DNA of 63,984 nt, the filler included, from Octopus bimaculoides (taxonomy: Eukaryota), in NCBI RefSeq assembly GCF_001194135.2. It is 6 parts of 5 records of this genome, joined end to end, with 100 filler letters (N's around TTAATTAATTAA, not from the genome) between each part and the next. Parts side by side here need not be neighbours in the genome. Positions count along the whole stretch, not along the records: positions 1 to 25,732 come from NC_068983.1; 5 more parts are not named here. One strand, written 5' to 3'. The notes beneath the pieces are model-generated. The model did no database searches. It was not told the DNA's origin and was given only the letters and a program-made list of their open reading frames with translations. This document shows positions 1 to 12,338 of the stretch, in pieces. A program made the position numbers and the translations under genes. Numbering within the stretch: the first letter of the stretch is position 1; each line of letters opens with the position of its first letter.

Positions 1-640
1 ATATACATATCTGTATGTATGTATGTATGTATGTATAGGATAATCAGTAAGTTGTCATAATGAGAATGCATCATAGCTCTTAGCTCCAGCATTTGAAACT
101 CTGAGTAGTATTATGACAACTTACTGATTATTCTAAACTATACATATATAAATATCCTCTATTTACCTAATATCAAGGTCTCATTCTTTTGTTGTCACAT
201 TTTTATTATTATATGTATTATGTATATATATATGCATATATGGGTACAGGACGTCACCAACTGTGCAAACAACACGAACTATGTAAACAACAAAAGAAAA
301 AAATGGAAAACAGGACAAGTAAGCACAGAGAAAGGACCCTTCATCAGTTGTTGGCTGTCTATCTACTTGTCATTTCGAGCATTCAACAACAATATGAGTC
401 TTAAAAGACAGTTGCTCCCTTAAATTCTAAAATAAAATCTAGGATTTATGGAGGGTCAAAGTTGGGAACAAAAACATGACTACCCTTCTGGATTCATAAC
501 ACTGGATCTTCTATCTACTCATACATGTTGCCTCTCAACATAAGCTTGTCTTGTTTGTCTCAGTCTGGATTAAGATTACACATACAAACTAATGCTCAGA
601 TTCTATGGATTCTGGCTTGCCTACAAATAATAATCACAAA

Positions 641-795
641 CAGGCATGACTACAAGGTAGGAAGTTTGGTTCCTTGCCACAAGGTTTTGGGTTCACTCCC
701 ACTGCATGGCACCTTGAGTAAATGTTTTCTACTATAGCCTCAGACTGACCAAAGCTTTGTGAGTGGATTTGGAATATGGAAACTGAAAGAAGCTA
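641..795 (+). mobile_element. CORE-type tRNA-derived SINE, 5' fragment
   Basis: 'gggttcactcccactgcatggcaccttgagtaaatgttttctactatagcctcagactgaccaaagctttgtgagtggatttgg' matches the better-preserved copies at 5110 and 27129. The 'gtggcaccttgggcaagt' segment resembles the CORE-SINE domain (recalled). Confidence 0.7.
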
Positions 796-912
796 TCATT
801 TCTCACCCCCATCTCTCTCTGTATGCATATATATGTAACTTTTGATAAGCCATTCTATTTATATTTCATTAGGATATATATATTTTTACATTCTGTGATT
901 TTATGTATGCAT

Positions 913-1031
913 ATTTACGGCCATATCACATTGAAAGCACCGGTTCTCGTCCGATCACCGAAGTTAAGCAACATCGAGCCTAGTTAGTACTTAGATGGGT
1001 GACTGCTTGGGAACCCTAGGTGCTGTAAGCA
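913..1031 (+). rRNA. 5S rRNA, solitary full-length copy, probably a retro-pseudogene
   Basis: 119 nt collinear with metazoan 5S (TTACGGCCATATCAC...GAAGTTAAGCAAC...GTACTTAGATGGGTGACTGCTTGGGAA...GCTGTAAGC), followed by TTTT (1032-1035). A-box and C-box are recognisable. Helix I and CCTAG/CTAGG can pair, but helix II carries two CpG-type mismatches (CACATTG/CAACAT). Confidence 0.9.
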
Positions 1032-1039
1032 TTTTAAGA

Positions 1040-1195
1040 AACTACTCTCGGAGTGGTTGGCGTTAGGAAGGGCATCCAGCTGTAGAAACTCTGCCAAATC
1101 AGATTGGAGCCTGGTGTAGCCACCTGGTTCACCAGTCCCCAGTCAAATCGTCCAACCCATGCTAGCATGGAAAGCGGACGCTAAACGACGACGAT
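1040..1195 (+). mobile_element. 3' tail of an RTE-type retroposon family ending in (GAC/GAT)n
   Basis: 'ggagtggttggcgttaggaagggcatccagctgtagaaactctgccaaatcagattggagcctgg...ccatgctagcatggaaagcggacgctaaacgacgacgat' recurs throughout the window in both orientations. The RTE assignment is inferred from the short-tandem-repeat tail. Confidence 0.75.
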
Positions 1196-1438
1196 ATTAT
1201 TTAAAAAAAATTTTATGTGTTTGTAGACCATAGTGTTTTTTATATATGATTAAATGTTTGACAGGTGGTGTTGTATGTAAAGTCGTTGGCCCAAAATTAA
1301 TGTTTGTTCCATAATTAATGCTTCTTTATCTTTGTCTCATTTATATTTGAGCACTTCTTTTGCAGTCCTAGAAACCCTTTTGTTTCTACATGAGACAAAC
1401 ATTATTTCTTGTTGTATATATTATTTCTTGTTCTTCAA

Positions 1439-1658
1439 GAGGAAAAGGATCCTATCAGCTTTAAACGGAGTCTAGACAGCTTTCTTCAAAGAATACCAGA
1501 TAAGCCACCCATACCTGGATACAACTCACTCAATAAGAACTCACTACTTGAATGGACCATAGACCAAACTTGACTGTAAAAAGGATTTAGATAATCTTAT
1601 CAGGTGGTGTTATTAAGTTAGACATGGCCTGGACCAATCTTTGGTCGAAACAAATCTA

Positions 1659-1660
<2 letters not shown>
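1439..1660 (+). mobile_element. CR1/L2-group LINE 3' end fragment
   Basis: 1439-1573 translates EEKDPISFKRSLDSFLQRIPDKPPIPGYNSLNKNSLLEWTIDQT*, the FK..LD.FL..IPD.P..PGY...NSL..W C-terminus typical of invertebrate CR1-like ORF2. Confidence 0.65.
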
Positions 1661-1724
<64 letters not shown>

Positions 1725-2035
1725 TGTGTCTTTGTGTCAGTGTTTTCTCCCTGTTACTACTTGGCAACCGGTGCTGGTGTGTTTATATCCCCTTAAAAAA
1801 AGACTGATAGAATAGGTACCATCATCATCATCATCGTTTAATGTCCGCTTTCCAAGCTTAGCATGGGTTGGACAATTTAACTGAGGACTGGTGGACCAGG
1901 AGGCGACACCAGGCTCCAATCTGATTTGAAGACAAAGGAGTACTGGAGTTGATTCGTTTGACTAAAAATTCTTTAAGGTGGTGCCCCAGCATGGCCACAG
2001 TCTAATGACTGAAACAACTAAAAGATCAAAAAAAG
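1725..2035 (+). mobile_element. 3' half of the CORE-type SINE, interrupted by a minus-strand RTE-type tail (~1820-1927)
   Basis: SINE body 'caaccggtgctggtgtgttt...gatagaataggtacc' resumes as 'ggagttgattcgtttgactaaaa...ccagcatggccacagtc' after an inverted (CAT)n-led tail copy. Confidence 0.65.
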
Positions 2036-2435
2036 ACATGCAAACTCACACAAATATGTATGACACAGATATTCACAAATATGCAAGAATCCGTAGTATC
2101 AAATACTGATATTTTTGTGTGTATATTATATTGATATTTTTATGTGTATGTATATATATATATGTATTTATATACAACATGCAAGGGAAACACATTTCTA
2201 TTTTGATATGGTTGTATATACAAATACACTAACATGCATTTTAATTGAAATGAGAATTGAAACATCTGCCTATGTTGTATGGAACCAATAAATCAAATAT
2301 TCCTGCTTTGTTTGTTTTGTTGACGTGTCTTTCTTTTATTGCAGATTACTGCAATCATCCAATTGACATTTCTCTCTCACCCTCACTATCTCACTAAATA
2401 TATTACATGCACACACACACACACTAATGTACACA

Positions 2436-2800
2436 CAGGGTCAGATTAAGACGTTTAACAGTCCTAAGCACTTGAAATATTTTGACATCCCCATATATAT
2501 GTAATTCAAAATGTAAACACTAATAAACCATAAGACAAAATTTTTATTTTCCAAAACGAAACAAAACTAACAATAAGAGAGAGAATAATGTTTATTTTTG
2601 TATACTTCCACCTCATTTATATTTGAAAAGTTTTCTCCAGCTTTATTTAATTGCAAAATTTCTGATCAGATCTTCACTGTAACACCATGAACACTTCTAT
2701 ATTAAATTTCTGATCATAGAAACCACTTAGAATATTATTTTAGCAAGTTTAAAGTGACTTTTTTTGTGCTGAAAACCATTTACCAATTCTGTGGTGCCTC
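2436..2800 (-). mobile_element. Possible hAT transposon 3' end relic
   Basis: 'cagggtcagattaagac...cctaagcacttgaaa' resembles hAT CAGGG termini. The minus strand gives EDLIRNFAIK, reminiscent of the hAT C-terminal end. Highly decayed. Confidence 0.4.
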
Positions 2801-2864
2801 TCTTCTCTTGATGCTCTAAGAATGTGCTTATTTTGCTGAATGGGTAATCCAGCAGAGAACACAT

Positions 2865-3175
2865 CATCATCATCATTTAATGTCTGTGTTCCATGCTAGC
2901 ATGGGTGGGCAGTACCACAAGAGTCGGCCAGGTCAAAGCCTGCACCAGGCTTCTGTGACTGTTTTGGCAGGATTTTTACAGTTGGATGCCCTTCCTAACA
3001 CCAACCACTCAACAGAGTAGACTTAGTACTTTTTATGTGGTACAAGCACAGGCGAGGTCAGTTTTGGCAAGGTCTTTATAGCTGGATGCCCTTCTTAAAA
3101 CCAACCACTTTAGTGTGGACTGAGTGCTTTTAAGTGGCTCCTGCACTGACAGGGTCACCAAGTACTTGCAAGACA
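2865..3175 (-). mobile_element. RTE-type tail family, partly duplicated copy
   Basis: (CAT)n, then 'ttaatgtctgtgttccatgctagcatgggt' and two 'ggatgcccttc(c/t)taa...ccaaccact' units. Confidence 0.7.
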
Positions 3176-3441
3176 AAATCTTAAGAGGGGAGGAGGCATT
3201 GGAGGAGGTGATGATGAAAAGGTTAGAGTGAGACAGATATAGGTGCCTTGCTGAAGTAGAAGTACAAAGTTACCTGGCTGGAGAGAGAAAGATCAGGAAT
3301 GAAGACAGAAATAGGTGTGCTACTGCAAAGAAAATACACAGTTGCCCAACCTGAAGGAAGTGCAGGAGAGAGAGAGAGAGAGAGAGGGAGAGAGAGNNNN
3401 NNNNNNNNNNNNNNNNNNNNNNNNNNNNNNNNNNNNNNNNN

Positions 3442-3488
<47 letters not shown>

Positions 3489-3930
3489 CTGCAAGATGGA
3501 GATGGTGGCAAAATGTTGGGTATACTCACAAGGAACGGGGATCAGAGTATAAATGAGATGGTTGAGTAAAGGAAGAGAGAAATATAGATAGTGGCAAGAG
3601 CCAGGGCATAACCTTGAAGTTCAAATATTATAATATAAATGATAGGGTTTTGTGAAGGGAGTGTGATTAAAGAGTGCGAGTAAGTGACAAAAGACCTGGG
3701 TATAAATAGAGTTGGAGGGGCTGCTGGATAGCAATGATACAGAAGAAGAAGGATGTGAGGACAGGATTGGGGAGTGAGAGCTAGGCAAGGAGAGAGAACT
3801 AGGTGTCGTTTATGAAGGAGGAAATGCAAGAAAGAGAAGAAATGTAGATTGGTTTGTAACTACATTTCGTGCACTTGGAATGGCTGTAAGAGTCTTTACA
3901 AAATCCCATGTTGGTAATGTTAATCCTTAA

Positions 3931-4147
3931 CCCTTTAGTGTTTAGATTACTTTGTCAAATCTAATGCTTATTTATTAACATTGTATTATTTTGAATTAAT
4001 CATAAATCATGTTGTAGCTTCCTGATCGATGTGATTGTTAGAATTTTTAGAATGACATTGTATGGTAGAGAGATCAGATGTGACCAGTTTGAACATAAAG
4101 CAGGTAGAATATTTTGGCTGGATCTGGCCTGTTTAAATGCTAAAGGA
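3931..4147. mobile_element. piggyBac-like MITE
   Basis: TTAA|CCCTTTAG...CTAAAGGA|TTAA, i.e. TTAA flanks on both sides with short TIRs. 217 bp, with a related copy at 15736-15956. Confidence 0.75.
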
Positions 4148-5109
4148 TTAAACTTCTCTACCAAAAAACAGTAATCGAAGGAAGTCACTCCCTTTGATAA
4201 TTTGAGTTCTATCACAATGCTCATTCAAGCATGACACAAACACACACTTTGCCTTTCATATTTTCATGGTTAATAAAATAAGGCACAAATCTACAAACTG
4301 TTGTCAATCATATCAACTAGCTCCTCCTCTAAAAATTGCTGGCCTTATACTGAACTTAGAAACCATTCTTGTATCTGTTTGTATGCTTTCCCTCAGCAGG
4401 TAAACTATGGAATATATAGATGTGTCATGATTACGAAGGGCAGCAATGCTCTTATTGTGGACACAAACAAGGTAATGGCAATTGATTTGCATAATCATTA
4501 GAGAGTCAGATAAAGTGTCTCTGGTATTTACTTATCTTTCCAGGTTGATTACCAGGGTTAATTTGATAATCCTACAAGGCATCCCAAATGTGAGCAAATT
4601 ATAATAAAGGATTGTGGGTTAGAAGCAGGGAGTGAGACTAAAGTATATGTGAATGCGTGTATGTGTGTGTGTGTGTTTGTATGCATGTATACGTATATAA
4701 GCCTTGTGAGTAGATTTGGTAGACGGAAACTGAAAGAAACCTGTTGTATATATATCTACTATCTATCTATCTATCTATACATATANNNNNNNNNNNNNNN
4801 NNNNNNNNNNNNNNNNNNNNNNNNNNNNNNNNNNNNNNNNNNNNNNNNNNNNNNNNNNNNNNNNNNNNNNNNNNNNNNNNNNNNNNNNNNNNNNNNNNNN
4901 NNNNNNNNNNNNNNNNNNNNNNNNNNNNNNNNNNNNNNNNNNNNNNNNNNNNNNNNNNNNNNNNNNNNNNNNNNNNNNNNNNNNNNNNNNNNNNNNNNNN
5001 NNNNNNNNNNNNNNNNNNNNNNNNNNNNNNNNNNNNNNNNNNNNNNNNNNNNNNNNNNNNNNNNNNNNNNNNNNNNNNNNNNNNNNNNNNNNNNNNNNNN
5101 NNNNNNNNN

Positions 5110-5500
5110 GTGCAGGAGTGGCTGTGTGGTAAGTAGCTTGCTTACCAACCACATGGTTCCAGGTTCAGTCCCACTGTGTGGCACCTTGGGCAAGTGACTT
5201 CTATAGCTTCGGGCCGACCAAAATCTTGTGAGTGGATTTGGTAGAGAGAAACTGAAAGAAGCCCGTCGTATATATGTATATATGTATTTTTGTGTGTCTG
5301 TGTTTGTCCCCCCAACATCGCTTGTCAACCGATGCTTGTTTGTTTACGTCCCCGTAACTTAGCGGTTTGGCAAAAAGAGACTGGTAGAATAAGTACTAGC
5401 CTTTCAAAGAATAAGTCCTAGAGTTGATTTGTTCGACTAAAGGCGGTGTTCCAGCATGGCCGCAGTCAAATGAATGAAACAAATAAACAATAAAAGAAAA
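5110..5500 (+). mobile_element. CORE-type tRNA-derived SINE, near full length
   Basis: Head with A/B-box-like 'tggctgtgtggtaag' and 'ggttcagtccc', then the CORE-like segment, an internal (TA/TG)n tract and the 3' 'ccagcatggccgcagtcaaatgaatgaaac' tail. Confidence 0.8.
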
Positions 5501-5544
5501 GAATAATATGTATATATAATATATATGTATGTATATAGGCAATG

Positions 5545-6140
5545 ACTAGTGACCCAAGACCTTTGATGATGTGTCATGCTTGAGAAGGCCTGTCACCAAG
5601 TGAAATTGTAGTTATGGCCGATGCTAGTGTCATGTAACTGACACCCATGCTGGCGGCTATTGAGCGTTGGGCCTCAGGGAGGCAACATGTGCAATGCTGG
5701 TATTGTATAAGTAGCACCCGTGCTGGTGGCACATAAGAAGCTCCCTTTGAGCATTGGGCCTCATGGAGGCAATGTGGCCGATGCCAACAACTAGTACCTG
5801 TGTTGGTGGCACATAAAATTCACTTTTGAACGTTGGGCCTCGTGGTAGCAATGACAAATGACTGAGACCTTTGGTAACATACCCTACTTGAATAGAAGAT
5901 CCATCAAGCCAAGTGAAATCACAGTTGTGGCAGATACTGGTGTCACACAACTGATACCCATGCCGGTGGCACATTAAAGCACCCATTATTTTCTTGGAGT
6001 GGTTGGTGTTAAGAAGGGCATTCAGCCATAGCAACTGTACTAAGTTAGACTGGAGTCTTGTGCAGCCTCTCAGCTTGCTAGCCCTGGACAAACCGTCCAA
6101 CTCAGGCCAGCATGGACAACAGACGATATATGTTGATGAT
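5545..6140 (+). mobile_element. Retroposon with internal degenerate repeats and an RTE-type tail
   Basis: Repeated 'gtgctggtggcacataa' / 'gagcgttgggcctc..ggaggcaa' units, followed by 'ggttggtgttaagaagggcatt...catggacaacagacgat..gatgatga'. Confidence 0.65.
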
Positions 6141-6479
6141 GAGATGCATTTACATCCATGCATGCATATACATATACATATAAGCATACACATATATATA
6201 CATACACCTATACACATAAACACACAAATCCATACACACATATACATACATGCACACACAAACATACATACACATGAGTGTTAGTCAAAATATTTATATA
6301 CAAGAGAATGAAATGAGGTTGTCTGTTATAACTTTGACAAAAATTAGTCAGATATCGAAAATAAAATAATCCAATACTTTGCAGCAAAGCTTCTGCCAAA
6401 TAACTGAACTTACTCATTTTTGCCAGATTGAGAGCTTGGCCTTACTATGTTACCATAAAAAACGAGATCAGCTATGAGA

Positions 6480-7090
6480 AATTAATTGTCATCATACATG
6501 CATTAATGCCAATGCAAACATGGTTTGACCAATCGGATTGCCTGATGTGTAGATAAATAAGTGGGAAACTTGAAGGGAAGTTTTCCAATGGACAGTTTTC
6601 ATGTAAATGACTAAAATATATTTTGCAATGAAAACTTTTAACTGTCTTATAGTGGTTGGGAGGCAAACTTCTTACCACTCAGCCATGCCTGTGCTTTTTA
6701 GAGATTATGTGCAATGTGGAATACGTGCAACATGAAACATTGACCATCCTATACAGATTAGTAGAGAAGGTGTAATCAGAGACGAGTCAAAGTACAAACA
6801 CTGCACATAACATTATGGATGTTATCAAGAGGACTACTGGGTTCTTGGCATGGTGGAATACTTATTTCTGATCAAAGACCTAAGACATTATTGTCAAGCA
6901 TTGCCGATCATGTACTGCCAGGTACTATAACAGACTAATGGCCTTTCTGTCAACAGTTACCAAATTGTGGATACTGTAAATTGGTCTTTATTTTGTAGAC
7001 CTGAGAGATTTATTTATCTACATGAAACACAGCTGAGGGCATCAGGAGCAAAGTAACGACATCAGGTTATGCAGTGTGCTTCAGAGAATC
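6480..7090 (+). pseudogene. Decayed Merlin/IS1595 (ISXO2-like) DDE transposase
   Basis: 6745-6858 reads HPIQISREGVIRDESKYKHCT*HYGCYQEDYWVLGMVE (cf. QIGG.G..VEIDESK..HRKY.RG....WVFG.IE). After frameshifts come TLLSSIADHVLPGT (6886-6926), TVN.SL/FVD and NTAEG, in the expected Merlin motif order. Confidence 0.7.
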
Positions 7091-7119
7091 TTTTTCATAC
7101 CTTGTGCCATGTACAAAAG

Positions 7120-7340
7120 CATTGGTGCTTGCGCCACATAAAATGCACTGGTGCTGGTGTCACATAAAAAAAGCACCCAGTACACTCTGTAAAGTGGTGA
7201 GCATTAGGAAGGGCATCAAGCTGTAGAAATCAGGCCAAAATGGACTATGGAATCTGGAGTGGGCACTGGCCTGCCAGCTCCTGTCTAACTGTCCAACTCA
7301 TGCCTGCATGGAAAACAAACATGAAATGATGATGATGATG
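7120..7340 (+). mobile_element. RTE-type tail family copy
   Basis: 'gcacccagtacactctgtaaagtggtgagcattaggaagggcatc...gcatggaaaacaaacatgaaatgatgatgatg'. Confidence 0.7.
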
Positions 7341-8909
7341 ATGGTGATAGCCTGCAGGAATTTACTTGGTGACAGTCAAACAAAGAAAATGCTTTTAGAC
7401 TGTTTGTTAAAAGCCTTCCACACATTCTAATTTTTATATTTTTATTTACAAACATGTTATAAGAAAATAAAAGAATTTTACAACAAAAAGAAATCTTATT
7501 TTACAATTAGTTTTTTTTGTTTTACTAAAGGTTTACACCAATTTTTATTTCATTTCAAAACAAGACAATCCTTTCACTTTCGTTTCCCTGTCGAATTTCC
7601 GTCAAAAGGTGATGTCTTCCGACAGTTTCATTTAATGGATCATAAAACGAAACATCGCCCTTATTATTTTTTTCTTGTGCGTGTGCGATTCGTATTTGAA
7701 ATATATGATTAAATATTGCTTGCTTTTAAATGTTTTGTTTTTGTTTTAGATTTATAAAAAGATAACGACAAAGTGGAGTAATAAGATTTGTTTATGAAGA
7801 ATAAGAAATTAATCCGCTTGATAGAAACCTTACAAGAGAACGAGTGAGTGTATTAAAGAAACTGCTCATTTCAGTTGACCGTTTTTACGAGACTAGTTGT
7901 TAATTCATTACCGTATTTTTATGTTTATCATCGTTTTACAAAGGTAGTTAGTTCCTTTGATGTGAGAAGCATCAGTTGCTCGCAATCCATTTCTCAGATC
8001 TGCTTTCAAAGTTAAACAACTTGGCTCCGACTAACTTAACGAATCAATAAAGTTTCCCTACATTCAATGCCATGTAAACATTTACCACATTCTTTTAGAG
8101 CAAGAGAAACAGAGAGGAAGAGAGAGAGAGCGAGGAAAGAAGAAACAGACAGATTGAGTGTATGTGAATATACGCCTGTGTGTGCGCACGTGTGTAGTTG
8201 TGTTTGTATGTGTCAGTGAGAAAGAAGAGAAACAGAATGTGGGAGAAGTGAAAGAAAGAGGGTGAGAAATAGAATGTATGAGTATGTAGAAAATACGAGA
8301 GGTGAGTAAAATAGTCTCATACATAGCAACAAACACAACACATTTAGTTTACAACATATGTAGTTATATCATTATATAACCGTTTGTGTGTGTGTGTGTT
8401 TTATCGGACTACAAGTCCGATGAAAAAGAAAACATTCCCACAAATGGCTTCAATGCAGTTTTAAGAGAAGGCTTTGGAAGAATTAGATGAAAGTTCTCCG
8501 GTAATTTTCTTTCATGTAAATAAACGTTTACCTTAAATCGTTAAAGAAAAACAAACAAGAAAATGAAGACTTCGTGATCGAAAGATCTTCGAAGTAACTG
8601 TCAACCTTTTCCGTGTAAAAATAAAGCACAAGTGTGAAACTATAATATTATAAATAAATATATATATATATATATAACTTATGCATAAAGTAAACAACAT
8701 ATATATAGGTATACATATACATACATGTGTACGTGCGCGTGAGAGAGAGAGCGAGAGAAGTTGAGAAAGCGTGTGTATGTATGTTTATATGCATACATGC
8801 GTATTTATGTATGGTAATATATATATATATATTGTTGTACATTCAATGTTTGTGCGTATACTTGTGTGTGCATATATACACACGTATATAAATATATACA
8901 CACACACAC

Positions 8910-8962
<53 letters not shown>

Positions 8963-11900
8963 NNNNNNNNNNNNNNNNNNNNNNNNNNNNNNNNNNNNNN
9001 NNNNNNNNNNNNNNNNNNNNNNNNNNNNNNNNNNNNNNNNNNNNNNNNNNNNNNNNNNNNNNNNNNNNNNNNNNNNNNNNNNNNNNNNNNNNNNNNNNNN
9101 NNNNNNNNNNNNNNNNNNNNNNNNNNNNNNNNNNNNNNNNNNNNNNNNNNNNNNNNNNNNNNNNNNNNNNNNNNNNNNNNNNNNNNNNNNNNNNNNNNNN
9201 NNNNNNNNNNNNNNNNNNNNNNNNNNNNNNNNNNNNNNNNNNNNNNNNNNNNNNNNNNNNNNNNNNNNNNNNNNNNNNNNNNNNNNNNNNNNNNNNNNNN
9301 NNNNNNNNNNNNNNNNNNNNNNNNNNNNNNNNNNNNNNNNNNNNNNNNNNNNNNNNNNNNNNNNNNNNNNNNNNNNNNNNNNNNNNNNNNNNNNNNNNNN
9401 NNNNNNNTATGCACATAAATACGTATATTTGCATATGTGTGTATGAACGTGCGTATATCCACACAACTATTGGCCTCCTGAATTACCGACGTGCTCATTA
9501 TGTATATAAGAAATGTCACGTGCCCGTTGGCAGCTAATCACATCGGAGCAATTAAAGCATTTTTAATGTGATTTTTTTTTCCGGGTACCAGTTTAGGAGT
9601 TACCGCATCTTCGGAATGGAAAAGCCCAATGTCAATCTATATTCTCACTCTTGCATATTTACCATAACCAAATCCTGTCATTTGCACTGTTGTCCTTTAT
9701 ATTACTGCTTTTATTTAAGTTTGCGCTCTTCTGTAGCCACGATCACTATGTAATTTGTTAAAAAAATATATATATGTATATATATAATAGTAATAATATA
9801 GTGTATGTATGTGCATACATATACATGCGCGTGTGTGTGTATATATGGATATGTATGTCGTTCCGTTCCAGTGAAGCTATGTGCTGCTAGGCAGAACCTC
9901 GTGAATCCACGTTTACTTATATATTACTTGTATGACGTATTTGTATTGTTTTTATTTGGGGAAAAAAGAAGAAAAAAGTTTTTACTTTTGTTTTTTTTTT
10001 TGCGTCTTATTTTATTTGGATAAAAGCTGTACGTCTACTACTTTCACCAACTGAATTACAACCAAGGAAATAAATTATCTAGGGACATTATCACATTTAA
10101 AGTTGATCATTCTTCACTTATCTATTTACGTGAACTGTCTTTTCACAATATATTTATATATGTAGATAAATTTACACACCTACACATAACTTAGCTCTAA
10201 TTGCCCGCTCTCACTCTCTCCTCTATTTCTTTCTATTTGTGTTTATATCATCTGTATTTTATATACGAACATATAAAGTATTCTAAAATTATGCCTGATG
10301 GCTTCAACTACAAATTCAAAATTTCCTGTTTACCGAATGGAAGGAAATTTATTACAAACTATGGCAAAAGAAAATAGATACTTTTCTAAGTTCAACAACA
10401 AAGTCGGCCGGTATCACTGTTATATTTAAAAAAAAAAACTTCATTTCACAATTTGATTTGTAATTATGATATCGTAGTTGTTATGCAATTTATTTATTAT
10501 TATTTAAAATAGCTTCTTCAAAACCTTCTACAAACACTTCTCTTTGTTTTGTAACTTTTTTTCCGCGCGTCACTTAGTATTTCTGACCATGTTTAAAACG
10601 ATTTCCCTACTTCAACGGCTTTTATATTCCATTCTTCCGTTGGTGTTGGCTTTTATAAACTCGTTGAATTACATAAACGTCTTCTTAAACTCCTACGACC
10701 TATTCAGTTTATCTTAGTTAGTTACATTCATTATACATATAGATACAGAACATCGATAAATACACGTATATTTGGAAATATACGTGTATTAAAATATTTT
10801 TTTTTTGCATAAGCTCTTATTTAAAAGTTTAACATTACTGTCCTTAATTTACTTATAAAATTGAAAGTTATCAAAGTTATTTTCAGTAAATGCTTCAAGT
10901 TGTTTGTGCGAACGTGATAAATTTTTCGAAAATTCCAACTGACTTACGTTCACACTTCTCGTTTTTTAAGAAGCAAGTGGAAACGTATCCTGAGGTTATC
11001 ATCCTCTCTTTTTCTCCTCTTAGCCTCACCTTTTCCATAAAAATGTATTGATTTCCTCATACTTTGTTAGTTATATACATTTTTCTCATAACGTTTGAAA
11101 CTATTTCTCATCCATACATCCTCACCTCTTTCTTCCTCATTTTCCGTCTGTCAGCCTGTCTCTCTCTCTCCCCAACAACTATCTTCTGTTATATTGCCGG
11201 TTTACTGTCATTATACCAACTTTTATATTCTCTCTCTGTCTCTCTCTCCCTCCCACTAGATGTGAACTGTACTATTACTTCTATATCTACAAACTACAGT
11301 CGACATAATTGTTTTTAAATCTCACAGCTATGAATTGTTCACTGTTTCTTTCAAACCCCAAAGGTTTACAACTCATTCCTTTGACTTCGAAATAATCTTT
11401 CAGAAGCAATTCTACCACACAGGACTACCACCCGTAATATAATTATTTATTTATTTCAATCCACCTATCAGTTTACTCGTACTGTCCTTGTTAGAATTAT
11501 CAGTAAGCTCCACTCTTGTTATCTTTTTATTTATTCGTTCACTTCTATTGACGATGGATTGTATACATGTTTGCACGTGGCTGAATAATAACAAAATAAA
11601 AGGAAAAAGGTGCTCAAAGATTCTTGCTTAAAAGTTATCATCGACATCCTTTTAATATTATAAATTATTAATTACGGCCGTTTATATTTAATTATAATGT
11701 AGTTTAGTTGGCTTTTCTTCCATTCATTTTCTTTGTTCTTCTATCATTTTTTCTACATCTTTAGATTTTAAAATGTTACTATCATGTTTTTCTCTAGATA
11801 TTCGTCTTACTACACCAGTTAACATACATAGTATGTTATAAATCCATAGTTCCAGTTATGAAGGTCGTTTAATCCAAGCTCTAAACAGTTGTCGTTTCCA

Positions 11901-12099
11901 CTATATATTCCCAGTTGCCAATACTTTATCATTACATTCTTTATATGATCACACTGACTGTTGATAGGGTTCGATTTGTGCTCGCTCTCTATCTATAGTT
12001 TTTTTTTTCCTTCTGTTTCGCGCCTAATTTTGCAACTTCTGAAAATACCATCATTGATAATTATTTTAGACTTCCATTTCAGACTTTCATTCTTCTTTC

Positions 12100-12338
12100 T
12101 ATCCCTTTTCCTTCCTACTTTTTACAGACCAAACTTTTAAGTGACCTAATAAATTAAGAAGAAAAAAAAATCGAGGCAAAATAACAACCACAATAACAGA
12201 TCTTATTGACCAAAGAAACAAAACTAACTGGTGCCAATTGAACCTCACCTAATTGTATGTAACGTTGGAATTCCAGGCTGCTACTATATAAAAATACTTG
12301 GCATTAAGAGGAACTATAAAGGTTTCTATCGCATCGGC
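12100..12338 (+). promoter_or_regulatory. Putative splice acceptor (AG at 12126-12127) and 5' UTR of the PDE coding exon
   Basis: Long polypyrimidine tract 'cccttttccttcctactttttacag'. An in-frame TAA at 12225-12227 precedes the ATG at 12339, the only upstream ATG is an ATGTAA start-stop (12257-12262), and TATATAAAA lies at 12285-12293. Confidence 0.45.

Noticed and set aside
189-737. Short ORFs at the window start
   Set aside because: No recognisable domains or exon structure, and the last overlaps a SINE.
12231-12338. GTG-initiated N-terminal extension of the PDE ORF given by the track
   Set aside because: Eukaryotic context, no homology in the extra 36 residues, and a good ATG at 12339. 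The ORF tail after 13118 (VRCCFY) is intron.
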